In this document: piece by piece, positions 39,129-48,328 of the stretch | Layout: every line of letters begins with the position of its first letter | Numbering within the stretch: the first letter of the stretch is position 1 | Origin: Dehalococcoidia bacterium | GTDB lineage: Bacteria; Chloroflexota; Dehalococcoidia; Lucifugimonadales; UBA2985 | Assembly: GCA_963580875.1 (NCBI GenBank) | Contig: CAUZMC010000003.1 | Coordinates: forward strand, 2,729-66,728 | Direction of reading: 5' to 3' | Length of the DNA: 64,000 bases | Translations under genes and position numbers: made by a program | The notes under the pieces: generated by a model | What the model saw: the letters and a program-made list of their open reading frames with translations, nothing else | Databases searched by the model: none | Told to the model about the DNA's origin: nothing

Positions 39129-39869
39129 TCAGTGTATAAGGGTTCCTGGTGTGTCAGTGAAGCTGGATGTCACCAGGATTGGTATGTTGTACATAGCTCC
39201 AAGTTCTATGGAACGTGGATGCATTTTTGCTCCATAGCTTGCTAGTTCTAGCATCTCCTCGTAGTCAATTGTATCAAGTATACGAGCGTTTGGCACAATA
39301 CGTGGATCTGCGGTGTAGATGCCGTCCACGTCAGTATATATTTCGCAGATCTTTGCCTCCAGCCCAGCGGCCAGTGCTACCGCCGTGGTGTCTGAGGCTC
39401 CTCTTCCAAGGGTGGTGATGTTCATTTCCTCGGTAATCCCTTGAAAGCCGGCAACTATGACGATGTTATCCTCTCTCAGTTCCTTTAGGATACGGTGTGG
39501 GTCCACGTTGGTTATTCGGGCACGGCTGTAGTCCATGTCGGTCTGGATGCCGGCTTGTCCTCCACTGAGGCTGATGGCCTTGTGCCCCAATGAGCGGAGT
39601 GCCATGGTGACAAGGGTGGAGGACACGATTTCTCCCGTGGAAAGCAGGAGCGCCAATTCACGTTCGTCCGGTCTTTCCGTGATGGCCTTGGCTTGGCGGA
39701 CGAGGTCATCTGTAGTATCTCCCATGGCGGAGACTACCACTACCACTTGGTTTCCTTCGTCCTTTGATCGTGCAATACGGCGCGCAACGGCCTTGATTTT
39801 CTCGGCGTTTGCCAGAGAACTGCCTCCATATTTCTGGACGATTAAGCCAGTGGTGGGTGATTTCATCAT
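39129..39869 (-). CDS. lysC: Aspartokinase catalytic (amino-acid kinase) domain, lacking ACT domains
   Basis: Motifs seen are [24 protein letters not shown] and [14 protein letters not shown]...[13 protein letters not shown]. It ends ...[12 protein letters not shown]-stop at the usual kinase/ACT boundary. Confidence 0.85.
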   Translation of the reverse strand: MMKSPTTGLIVQKYGGSSLANAEKIKAVARRIARSKDEGNQVVVVVSAMGDTTDDLVRQAKAITERPDERELALLLSTGEIVSSTLVTMALRSLGHKAISLSGGQAGIQTDMDYSRARITNVDPHRILKELREDNIVIVAGFQGITEEMNITTLGRGASDTTAVALAAGLEAKICEIYTDVDGIYTADPRIVPNARILDTIDYEEMLELASYGAKMHPRSIELGAMYNIPILVTSSFTDTPGTLIH

Positions 39870-40777
39870 TACGTCGACACTACGTGCGCCCCTAGGGAGG
39901 ACGGGCTTGTTATTTTGATGTTGCCGGAAAGTCCTTGTTTGTCTGCCGCATTGGCCATTTCGAAGCCGATGGTCATGAAATTAGAGGTGGCGAGTGCAAG
40001 TATACTGGAGCCTCCGCCAGAGAGAAATACACCCGCTGCCCCGGCGTCCTGGGCGGCGCGGAAGATATACTTCATGGCTGGGAATATTTTCTCTCGTGCG
40101 GGCTGGTGTAGTCGGTCCTGTGTTGCAACTCGCAAATTTTCGGTACGCCCGCTGGATAGTGAGTTTACCAGCATGGCGATTCTTCCAAGATTGTATATAG
40201 CGTCTTCACGTGTCACTTGCTCGGTAAGGATATCCCTAGAGTCTCTGGTTGACATAGGCAAATCTGGGACAAAAACTATTGCCATCAGTTCTGGAGCTAT
40301 TGCAACGGTATCAGAAACGACCCTGTCTCCATCACGAACGACTGCTTGGCATCCACCCAACAGGGCTGGAGTTACGTTGTCAGCGTGTCCCTCCAATCTC
40401 ACAGCTATATCAATGAGTCGATGTTGGTCGAGGGGTGTGGTACATAGTGCGTTTGCCGCCATTAAGCCGCCCACGATGGCTGCGGCGCTGCTCCCTAGGC
40501 CTCGTGCCAGTGGTATGCGGTTTTCACATTCGATGGACAGAAACTGAATATCCTCGCCAGCTTCATGAAGAAGGGTTTGAGCAGACTGATATATTAGGTT
40601 ATTCTCAGTCCTACTTATAGTATCGGCACCCTCTCCCAGGACATTGATCGTCGGTGCCGAAGATACACTCATATGTACGTCGTTCCACCAGTCAAGGGCC
40701 ATGCCAAGACAATCGAATCCTGGGCCAATGTTGCCAGATGTGGCGGGGACTCGTATGGTGACCTTTTTCTGCTCCAT
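39869..40777 (-). CDS. thrB: Homoserine kinase
   Basis: GHMP kinase motifs are present: [21 protein letters not shown] and [14 protein letters not shown]. Confidence 0.92.
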   Translation of the reverse strand: MEQKKVTIRVPATSGNIGPGFDCLGMALDWWNDVHMSVSSAPTINVLGEGADTISRTENNLIYQSAQTLLHEAGEDIQFLSIECENRIPLARGLGSSAAAIVGGLMAANALCTTPLDQHRLIDIAVRLEGHADNVTPALLGGCQAVVRDGDRVVSDTVAIAPELMAIVFVPDLPMSTRDSRDILTEQVTREDAIYNLGRIAMLVNSLSSGRTENLRVATQDRLHQPAREKIFPAMKYIFRAAQDAGAAGVFLSGGGSSILALATSNFMTIGFEMANAADKQGLSGNIKITSPSSLGAHVVST

Positions 40778-40783
40778 AGCAGG

Positions 40784-40812
40784 AGTATACAGGGCGGTCA
40801 GTTGTGATTCAA
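40784..40812 (-). promoter_or_regulatory. Promoter placed for a leaderless thrB transcript
   Basis: The minus strand reads TTGAAT - 17 nt - TATACT, then 6 nt (CCTGCT), then the thrB ATG. There is no SD between the -10 and the ATG. Confidence 0.5.
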
Positions 40813-40869
40813 GAAAGGGAAGGAGGACAATGGTGCTGGCTTAAGAGGACTTGCATCTAGAGAGACTCA

Positions 40870-42093
40870 TTAGTGTGGTAACTCCATTTCGTTCTCTATT
40901 TCACCCATCTTCGCTATGGTATCCACGTCCTTGTCGCCGCGGCCGCTGAGGCATACAACGACAATGTTGTCTTTAGGCAGAGTTGAGGCAAGCTGGCAGG
41001 CGTAATATATGGCATGAGCCGACTCCAGCGCAGGGATAATACCCTCAGTTCTGGACAGCAGATGGAAACCTTCCAGGGCCTGAGCGTCTGTAACGGCTAC
41101 GTACTTGGCGCGTCCTGTGTCCTTGAGGTGGCTGTGCTCTGGGCCCACTCCTGGGTAGTCTAGTCCTGCGGAAATGCTGTGTGTTTCCTTTACCTGCCCG
41201 TGTTCGTCCTGCAACAGATAGGACATTGAGCCGTGTAGAACTCCTGGTCTTCCTGCTACTAGGGTTGCGGCGTGTTGCTCAGATTCCACACCTGTTCCTC
41301 CTGCCTCAACGCCTACCAGCTTAACTGACGTGTCGTTTACGAATGGGTGGAAGAGACCTATTGAGTTGCTGCCTCCACCAACGCAGGCAACGGCGTAGTC
41401 TGGCAGGCGTCCTTCAGCCTGCAGAATCTGCTGACGTGACTCGATGCCTATGACCGTTTGGAAGTCTCGTACGATCATCGGGTAGGGATGAGGTCCAACA
41501 GCGCTGCCTATGAGATAGTGAGTGGTCTGCACGTTGGTGACCCAGTCACGGATTGCTTCATTTATGGCGTCCTTCAGAGTGCGGCTGCCAGATGACACCG
41601 GCCTTACTTCGGCTCCCAGAAGGTGCATGCGGTATACGTTTATGGCCTGCCGTCGCATATCCTCTTCACCCATGTACACAAGGCATTCTAATTCCAGCAT
41701 CGCGCAGGCGGTTGCGGTGGCGACTCCGTGTTGCCCGGCTCCCGTCTCGGCTATGATGCGCTGCTTGCCCATGCGTTTGGCCAGCAGACCCTGCCCTAGA
41801 GCGTTGTTTATCTTGTGCGCTCCGGTGTGGGCAAGGTCCTCTCTTTTTAGATAGATGCTGGCGCCGCCATATTTGCGGGAGAGGTTCTCAGCAAAATACA
41901 GCGCGGTTGGTCTTCCGGCGTAGGTGTTGAGATAGAGTGAAAGCTGGGCTTGGAATTCTGGGTTTTCCTTTGAAGACAGGTATGCCGTCTCCAACTCCTC
42001 CAGCGCTGTCATGAGAGTCTCTGGCACAAAGCGGCCGCCGTGTATGCCGAAATGGCCCCAGGAGTCTGGTAGAATTACGCCTGCTGCTTTCAT
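40870..42093 (-). CDS. trpB: Tryptophan synthase beta chain (TrpB1 type)
   Basis: Motifs seen are [27 protein letters not shown] and GGGSNSIG. The start overlaps the trpF stop (ATGA). Confidence 0.96.
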   Translation of the reverse strand: MKAAGVILPDSWGHFGIHGGRFVPETLMTALEELETAYLSSKENPEFQAQLSLYLNTYAGRPTALYFAENLSRKYGGASIYLKREDLAHTGAHKINNALGQGLLAKRMGKQRIIAETGAGQHGVATATACAMLELECLVYMGEEDMRRQAINVYRMHLLGAEVRPVSSGSRTLKDAINEAIRDWVTNVQTTHYLIGSAVGPHPYPMIVRDFQTVIGIESRQQILQAEGRLPDYAVACVGGGSNSIGLFHPFVNDTSVKLVGVEAGGTGVESEQHAATLVAGRPGVLHGSMSYLLQDEHGQVKETHSISAGLDYPGVGPEHSHLKDTGRAKYVAVTDAQALEGFHLLSRTEGIIPALESAHAIYYACQLASTLPKDNIVVVCLSGRGDKDVDTIAKMGEIENEMELPH

Positions 42094-42797
42094 GGTGTTG
42101 CTTTCCGGTGATTGCTTAGTAGAGAGGCGTCTTTGAATGCTTCGTCCGTCTGGCGCACCTGTATGATGAACTTAACGATTTTGCCAGCGTCCTTCTGCCC
42201 GTTTGTTTCTACACCGCTGGAAACGTCGAGACCATCTGGCCTTGCCAGCCGGATGGCTTCATCCACATTTTCTGGGCTGAGCCCCCCTGCTAAAAAGAAA
42301 GAGTAATCACGTGCCAGAGCTTGAGCCACTTCCCAGTTGAAGACTTGGCCTGTCCCGCCGAGCACACCCTCCTTGAACGTATCAAGCATACACATGTGCC
42401 CCTTGTCCTGGTACGTCTTTAGTGACTGCTTCATTTCTAGCAGTACGCTCTGCGCTGGGGAGTCGTTCCTGACGTGGAACACTTTCAGTGCTGGCTGCAC
42501 CAGCTGTCCGCAGTACTCAAGAGATTCGTGGCCTGATAGCTGCGCCATGTCCAAGTTGCAATAGTTGAGGATGTGGTTGACTTCATCTAAGGGCTGATTT
42601 GCGAAGACCCCAACCCATCGAGGTTCTTCAGTGTGCCATTTGGAGCGAAAGGACTGGATTAGACCTCTTGCATCGTGCATGTCAACGTGTCTACGACTGT
42701 GAGGCTCAAATACTATGCCAAGGAAATCTGCTCCTGCATTAGCCGCAGCCAATGCGTCATTTACATTATTGAGTCCGCAAATTTTGACTTTGGTCAA
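42090..42797 (-). CDS. trpF: Phosphoribosylanthranilate isomerase
   Basis: Motifs seen are [30 protein letters not shown] and the C-terminal GLDVSSGVE. Confidence 0.9.
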   Translation of the reverse strand: MTKVKICGLNNVNDALAAANAGADFLGIVFEPHSRRHVDMHDARGLIQSFRSKWHTEEPRWVGVFANQPLDEVNHILNYCNLDMAQLSGHESLEYCGQLVQPALKVFHVRNDSPAQSVLLEMKQSLKTYQDKGHMCMLDTFKEGVLGGTGQVFNWEVAQALARDYSFFLAGGLSPENVDEAIRLARPDGLDVSSGVETNGQKDAGKIVKFIIQVRQTDEAFKDASLLSNHRKATP

Positions 42798-42806
42798 ATA
42801 ACCCCT

Positions 42807-43601
42807 TTATGCTGCACCGTGCAGTAGTTCTCTTACCTTGGCTCCAGGGTCCGGCGCAGTTACAAGAGCTTCACCAACAAGCACGGCGTGGACACCAATG
42901 CGGTGCAACCTGACAAGGTCATCGTGGCTGTGAATGCCGCTTTCGCTAACTAGTATTTTCCCTCTGGGAACCAGAGAAGCCAGATGCTCAGTGGTTGAGA
43001 TGTCAGTTGTAAAAGTGCGCAGATCGCGATTGTTGATACCTATAATCTCAGAACCGGCCGATAGGGCTGTTTCCATCTCTTCTTCGTTGTGTACTTCCGT
43101 AAGTACCTGCAACCACAGTCTCTGGCTCAGATCAAGCAGTTCTTTCAGGCTTTCTGGGGTGAGTACAGCCACTATTAGGAGGATGGCATCGGCTCCATAG
43201 GCTCGTGCCTCGTGTACTTGATATGGATCGAATATGAAGTCTTTGCGCAGAACTGGCACGCCAAGGGGCTGAAGGACTTGCTTAACCGCCTCCATGTGTT
43301 CAAGGCTGCCTTGAAAATTATCCCTCTCTGTGAGGACCGAGACGGCGGCCGCTCCGTTATCAGCATAGGTCTTTGCCAGGGCTGCTGGGTCGTAGTTATC
43401 ACGGAGCAGTCCGCGTGAAGGTGATGCCTTTTTTGTTTCGGCGATGAGGCGTATGCCATCGCCCATGAGCGTGCCTGAAAGATTGAGTGGCAACGGAAGC
43501 GCTCGAGCCCGTTCTTGCAGGGCCACGATTGGCGCTTCTATTTTGCGGCGCTCCACTTCGTGCCGCTTGGTCTCCACGATGCTGTCTAGAATAGTAGCCA
43601 T
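42807..43601 (-). CDS. trpC: Indole-3-glycerol phosphate synthase
   Basis: Motifs seen are IAETKKASPSRG, VLRKDFIFDPYQ, LLIVA, GINNRDL and VSESGI. Confidence 0.93.
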   Translation of the reverse strand: MATILDSIVETKRHEVERRKIEAPIVALQERARALPLPLNLSGTLMGDGIRLIAETKKASPSRGLLRDNYDPAALAKTYADNGAAAVSVLTERDNFQGSLEHMEAVKQVLQPLGVPVLRKDFIFDPYQVHEARAYGADAILLIVAVLTPESLKELLDLSQRLWLQVLTEVHNEEEMETALSAGSEIIGINNRDLRTFTTDISTTEHLASLVPRGKILVSESGIHSHDDLVRLHRIGVHAVLVGEALVTAPDPGAKVRELLHGAA

Positions 43602-43646
43602 AGTTTTGTAGGTTGTGTGAATCTTATAAAGTTTGGAAGTATGTAA

Positions 43647-44660
43647 TTATGTAAGGGTTTGGCTTAGGGCTGCAAGGGCGAGGAGCTTTTCCATTGCTCT
43701 TCCGCTGTCGATTGCTTCGGAAGCACGAGCTATTCCGTGACCAATGTTCTGAACGGCGTCCCCAGCAGTCAGAACGGCAGCGGCATTAAGCAGTACAACG
43801 TCACGATGCGGGCCTTTCTCGCCAGCTAACACACGTTTCATGGCAACCACGTTTTCCTCTGCTGAACCGCCACGTATGGCGTCTACTGAGGCTCTTGTGA
43901 GGCCTAGTCCTTCTGGGGTTACGGTATAGTTCTGTATTCCATCTGCCTTCAGTTCCCATATCTGGGTTGGTGCGGCGATGGAGATTTCATCGAGCCCGTC
44001 TTCTCCGTGTACAATCAGTGCGTGTTGGCACCCCAGCTGTTGCAGTACTCGAGCCATCTTCTCTCCCAGTGCGCCATCAGCTATTCCAATCACCTGATTT
44101 CGCGCTCCAGCTGGGTTTGTGAGAGGGCCCAGTATATTGAACACCGTGCGGATCCCTATTTCTCTCCGGAGTGGCCCGGCGAATCGCATAGCTGGATGGA
44201 ATGTCTGGGCGAACATGAAGCCAAAGCCAATTTCCTGAATACACCGCTCCACTCCCTCTGGCCCCAAGTCTATTTTAACGCCTGCGGCCTCTAGCACATC
44301 GGCGCTGCCGCAGGCGCTGGTCATAGCGCGATTGCCGTGTTTGGCTACCTTGAGGCCAGTTCCAGCGACTACGAAGGCGGCGATAGTCGACACGTTGATG
44401 GTGTGTGCGCCGTCGCCGCCGGTGCCGCAGGTATCCACAAGGTCATCACCTGATTGAACATGCAAGGACTTCTCTCGCATAGCTCGTGCCATGCCTGTGA
44501 TTTCTTCGGCGGTCTCGCTCTTGAGTCGCAGAGCAGTGACGAAGGCTCCGAACTGGGCCGGGGTTGCCTCCCCGGTCATTATCTCCTCCATGACCTTGGC
44601 CGCGTCCTCTACGGACAGGTCATGGCCGGAAACTATGTTGGCTAGGGCTTCTTGGATCAT
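43647..44660 (-). CDS. trpD: Anthranilate phosphoribosyltransferase
   Basis: Motifs seen are DTCGTGGDG, KHGNRA and NILGPLTNPA. Confidence 0.95.
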   Translation of the reverse strand: MIQEALANIVSGHDLSVEDAAKVMEEIMTGEATPAQFGAFVTALRLKSETAEEITGMARAMREKSLHVQSGDDLVDTCGTGGDGAHTINVSTIAAFVVAGTGLKVAKHGNRAMTSACGSADVLEAAGVKIDLGPEGVERCIQEIGFGFMFAQTFHPAMRFAGPLRREIGIRTVFNILGPLTNPAGARNQVIGIADGALGEKMARVLQQLGCQHALIVHGEDGLDEISIAAPTQIWELKADGIQNYTVTPEGLGLTRASVDAIRGGSAEENVVAMKRVLAGEKGPHRDVVLLNAAAVLTAGDAVQNIGHGIARASEAIDSGRAMEKLLALAALSQTLT

Positions 44661-44662
44661 TG

Positions 44663-44785
44663 TTATGACACTGCTTCCTTGAACAAACGCGTGGGAATAG
44701 CCATTGTAGATCTCATGCCGTTCTTTTCAATTTTCTCTAGCTGGTTCTTCTTATCTACGATGATGTTAGATCTGTGGACTGCCAT
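44663..44785 (-). CDS. Unannotated 40-codon ORF exactly filling the trpG-trpD gap; ribbon-helix-helix-like
   Basis: I translated it by hand as MAVHRSNIIVDKKNQLEKIEKNGMRSTMAIPTRLFKEAVS. The ATG abuts the trpG TAG, with AAGGA 6 nt upstream. The TAA lies 2 nt before the trpD ATG. It is below the 60-aa cutoff of the supplied ORF track. Confidence 0.5.
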   Translation of the reverse strand: MAVHRSNIIVDKKNQLEKIEKNGMRSTMAIPTRLFKEAVS

Positions 44786-45397
44786 CTACATTCCTTTTCC
44801 ACCGGGGTCTTTCCTCTGAGGATGCATATCGAGGAAGTTCCGAAGGATGTCCTTTCCCACAACTGTCAAGATCGACTCCGGGTGGAATTGGACGCCTTCG
44901 ACCTGGTACTCCTTGTGCCGTACGCCCATGATTAGTTCGTTGTCCGTCCAGGCGGTGATCTCCAAGGTATCGGGCAGGTCATCTTTGTATATGGTCAGGG
45001 AGTGGTAGCGTATGGCCTCGAAGGGGTTGGGCAGTCCCTTGAAGAGTCCCTTCCCGTCGTGGTGAATGAGGGATGTTTTGCCGTGCATGATTTCGCCGGC
45101 CCTGTCCACCGTTCCACCATATGTATAGCCGATGCATTGATGGCCCAGGCACACGCCCAAGATGGGTATACGTCCCTCGAAGCGGCGAATTACGTCGTTG
45201 GATATGCCAGCCTCCTTTGGCGTGCGTGGACCGGGAGAGATGACAATCTTCTCTGGAGCCATCGACTCAATGCCTTCTAATGTGATCTGGTCGTTGCGTA
45301 CCACGTTCACCTCTGCGCCAAGCTCGCACAGGTACTGGAAGAGGTTGTAGGTGAAGCTGTCGTAGTTGTCGATTAAGAGAATCATTTGTTTTGCCAT
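44786..45397 (-). CDS. trpG: Anthranilate synthase component II (glutamine amidotransferase)
   Basis: Motifs seen are [14 protein letters not shown], the nucleophile GVCLGHQ, and QFHPES. Confidence 0.93.
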   Translation of the reverse strand: MAKQMILLIDNYDSFTYNLFQYLCELGAEVNVVRNDQITLEGIESMAPEKIVISPGPRTPKEAGISNDVIRRFEGRIPILGVCLGHQCIGYTYGGTVDRAGEIMHGKTSLIHHDGKGLFKGLPNPFEAIRYHSLTIYKDDLPDTLEITAWTDNELIMGVRHKEYQVEGVQFHPESILTVVGKDILRNFLDMHPQRKDPGGKGM

Positions 45398-45549
45398 GTC
45401 AGCTAAGTGTCTATTGCCACTCTATAAAGTTGACAAGCTAATTGTACCTGCGCAGCGGTCGAAATGGAAGTCAGAGGGGTGGGGTGGATGGCGAATTGGT
45501 CTCTCTTAGGATTCATGCCTGATGAGAGGAGTTCTGCTACACTCGGAGT

Positions 45550-48057
45550 ATGGAAATTGTGATGCGATGGGTTGGTGTGTTTACAATAACTGTCGTGCTG
45601 GTGACGGCTTGTAGGCAACCCGTTGTTACTTCTGCCGAGCTATCCACAGAGGCCTGTACACAGGCCATCGTGACACCTATTGAGATGACAGCGTCAACAC
45701 CGACGCCGCTTCCAGTTCTGACGCCCAGTCCCGTTTCCAGCCGTACTACTAAGGCTATGGCTACGGTTACGCCAAATCTCGCCAACAGTCCTAGTCCCAC
45801 TCCAATCGCTACGCTTCAGTCGACGCCAACTGGTGAGAGGAATTCGAACATTGTGCCGTTCACGCCCAGAAACTGGATTTCATCTCTGGTTATCTCTGAC
45901 ACACCTGGGCAAAATAAGACCACAGACATGTTCGTTGACGGCACGATATATATAAGCTGGACTGTAATCAACGACAGTCACAACAACATCGGCCACACTT
46001 TTTTCGTAGATGTGTATTTGGACGGCGTTCTTGCTCAGAGGTGGCTGAATCAGAGCATTGAGGCCAACCAACAGAGAAGCGTCACAGATTGGAAGAGCCT
46101 GTCTACCAGAGTGAGGCTGCAACCCGGAACTCACATATTGAAGTTGGTGGTCGATCCAACTAACCTGATTCCTGAGACAAACGAGTTAGACAACGTATTC
46201 GTATCGGCCTTTACTTGGGCGCCTTCTAATAATGATCTTCCAGTGGTCACTCCTTCCCTCTCCAAGCTTCCTGACTTGGTGCCATACGCCCCAAATGGAT
46301 GGACGGGTTCTCTCATTGCTACGTCGTATCGCGGGGACAAGATGGACGGGCCTCTCTCTGTGGATGTTCCCACATACATCCGCTACGGGTTCCAGAATCG
46401 GGGCCTCGCCAGCGTAGAGGTGCCGATTTGGGCCTACCTCTACCTGGACGACGTTCTGGTTTCTTCCCAACTTGGTAGTGGACTTCTTGCCGATGAAACA
46501 GTTGGGAGTTCCGAGTGGGCAGGTTTGTTCGATGTGATCAACGTTACATCAGGTGTTCACATCTTGCGATTGGAGTTGGACGCCACTAACCTGATATTAG
46601 AAGTTGATGAGCGGAACAACACAGTCGAGAGAGAATTCATCTGGGGTACTGGTACAGTGGCTCCCAAGCCCGCTGTCGACCCGACTCCTTTAACTACTGT
46701 GCCAGTGCCATTGACCTTGCCCAACCTCGTTCCTGGATGGAAGCTGAATTGGGACGGTCCTATCATCGTTTCTCATGAGACGGAGACGTTCCTGAACAGT
46801 CCTTTGACTGTGGATGAAACGCCTTTCGTAGACGTGATAATACACAATGAGAGCATCGTTGAGGCTGATTCACCCTTTTCCGTTGATCTGTGCTTCGATG
46901 ATAGAGTTATCCACTCTTTCGAGTTTCCTGAAGGCATGAAACCGAACGGACTTTGGTATTTGCCGGACTGGGATGAGCTTGCCACCCTGACCCAGATAAC
47001 CGAGGGGATACACACTCTGAAGATTGTCATAGACTCGGACGATGCGGTAACGGAAGCCGATGAAGGCGACAACGTTTACCAAGTGACTCTGATGTGGAGG
47101 GCTGGTATCGTCGAAGCTCCTGTGACAACTATATATAGTATTCTGGAGCTTCGGCAGAAGTTGGTTGGTCTTCAGGTTCTAATCGACACGCGAGAGTCTG
47201 CCTTGAGCCCGGATGGACGCGATTATACTCGAGATATATTGGAGGTCGTCGATGCCGGATACTATCTCCTGACAGGCAAGAGTCTTCTGGACGAGAGGGT
47301 CGACATATCTCTTCTCAACCACAAAGATTATCTGGCGTGGATAGATGATTACTACGCCGAAAGGCTTGCTCTCAACGATGAGGCAAAATATACGGAACTT
47401 CTTGCCGAGCTGGAGAAGAAAAAGGCATCTGCAGGGCTGAAGACTTCGCGGTTCGGCAAGATCGCGGTGGTCATAGATGCCGAGCGTGATATTGCCGATG
47501 TCATAGGGTCGCTGGTCCACGAGTTGGGGCACATGCGTCAGGTATTCCTAAATCCTGACCAGGTCGATGGTGACAACCCTTCCTTCCAGAGCAAGGCTAT
47601 TCATGAAGCCCAGGCCCAGCAGTTTGAGAGAGCCTTCTGGCTGAAACTGGAGACATTTACAGGCTTGACGTTGCTGACATACCCAAACTACCAAGTGTTC
47701 AGGGATTTTATAGAAAACAGGTTCGACTATTGGGTCGCAGACATAAGTCGGGATGAACATTTTCTGGGATATCTGCTTCAGTGGCTGGTAGTGCTTGATG
47801 ACCCGAATTTGGTGGAGTTAAAACAGGAACTGACTGCTCAGGGGCGATTAAGATCTGAGTCGTCACTGAAATTGTACGATTACCTAGTTGGCCTTGCGCC
47901 GGAGTCTATCGAGGCATACGCAACATCACGCATACAGTCACTGGGCACCTACGCAGAAACCATTAAAGCAATATCACGTGGGCGGTTGGTGTTAGACTTG
48001 TATCCAGGCAATGAAGGATCTCCGAACCTGCGGGACTCGGGACTGCTGGCCCCATGA
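45550..48057 (+). CDS. Secreted/lipoprotein protein with three CARDB-like repeats and a C-terminal HEXXH metallopeptidase-like domain
   Basis: A signal with LVTAC lipobox and a T/P/S-rich linker are present. Three ~125-aa repeats (about 45847-46218, 46261-46644, 46711-47097) each end in a D..N.v.E.(D/N)E.(D/N)N-type motif: HILKLVVDPTNLIPETNELDN, HILRLELDATNLILEVDERNN, HTLKIVIDSDDAVTEADEGDN. HELGH lies at 47518-47532. The start could be ATG 45562. Confidence 0.6.
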   Translation: MEIVMRWVGVFTITVVLVTACRQPVVTSAELSTEACTQAIVTPIEMTASTPTPLPVLTPSPVSSRTTKAMATVTPNLANSPSPTPIATLQSTPTGERNSNIVPFTPRNWISSLVISDTPGQNKTTDMFVDGTIYISWTVINDSHNNIGHTFFVDVYLDGVLAQRWLNQSIEANQQRSVTDWKSLSTRVRLQPGTHILKLVVDPTNLIPETNELDNVFVSAFTWAPSNNDLPVVTPSLSKLPDLVPYAPNGWTGSLIATSYRGDKMDGPLSVDVPTYIRYGFQNRGLASVEVPIWAYLYLDDVLVSSQLGSGLLADETVGSSEWAGLFDVINVTSGVHILRLELDATNLILEVDERNNTVEREFIWGTGTVAPKPAVDPTPLTTVPVPLTLPNLVPGWKLNWDGPIIVSHETETFLNSPLTVDETPFVDVIIHNESIVEADSPFSVDLCFDDRVIHSFEFPEGMKPNGLWYLPDWDELATLTQITEGIHTLKIVIDSDDAVTEADEGDNVYQVTLMWRAGIVEAPVTTIYSILELRQKLVGLQVLIDTRESALSPDGRDYTRDILEVVDAGYYLLTGKSLLDERVDISLLNHKDYLAWIDDYYAERLALNDEAKYTELLAELEKKKASAGLKTSRFGKIAVVIDAERDIADVIGSLVHELGHMRQVFLNPDQVDGDNPSFQSKAIHEAQAQQFERAFWLKLETFTGLTLLTYPNYQVFRDFIENRFDYWVADISRDEHFLGYLLQWLVVLDDPNLVELKQELTAQGRLRSESSLKLYDYLVGLAPESIEAYATSRIQSLGTYAETIKAISRGRLVLDLYPGNEGSPNLRDSGLLAP

Positions 48058-48108
48058 GCCAGATTGACCACGACTGAGAGTGGGATTACACTGGATGGCG
48101 TTCTGCAT

Positions 48109-48179
48109 TGCCGAGTGGTGTAGTGGTAGCACACGTGACTCTGACTCACGTAACCCTGGTTCGAATCCAGGCTCGGCAG
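48109..48179 (+). tRNA. tRNA-Gln (anticodon CUG)
   Basis: I folded the cloverleaf by hand:
- acceptor stem TGCCGAG/CTCGGCA
- D stem GTGT/GCAC
- anticodon stem CGTGA/TCACG with loop CTCTGAC (CTG at 48141-48143)
- T arm CCTGG-TTCGAAT-CCAGG
- discriminator G
U1-A72 with G73 is typical of bacterial tRNA-Gln. CCA is not encoded. Confidence 0.85.
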
Positions 48180-48328
48180 CTTCTGTTGTTAAACTGAGCT
48201 AGGTACGACCTCACGCGAAATGTAGCAACCAGTGACACGGCGTCTTATCATTTCTGGCTCCCAACATATGACCGTTCATTGACTGGTTGTTTTCAGCTCG
48301 ACTTTTCCTAGTGTAAAGGAGTCGCTTA

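Noticed and set aside
45398-45549. A UA(A)AGAGA(G) element shared by the trpG leader (CCUAAGAGAGACC), the trpE leader (CCUUAGAGAUC) and the trpS leader (CUAAAGAGAGC). I considered it as a common Trp-regulatory motif.
   Set aside because: The shared core is only 6-8 nt and purine-rich, and its flanks and spacing differ between the three leaders. It could easily arise by chance, so it should be revisited only if comparative alignments support it.
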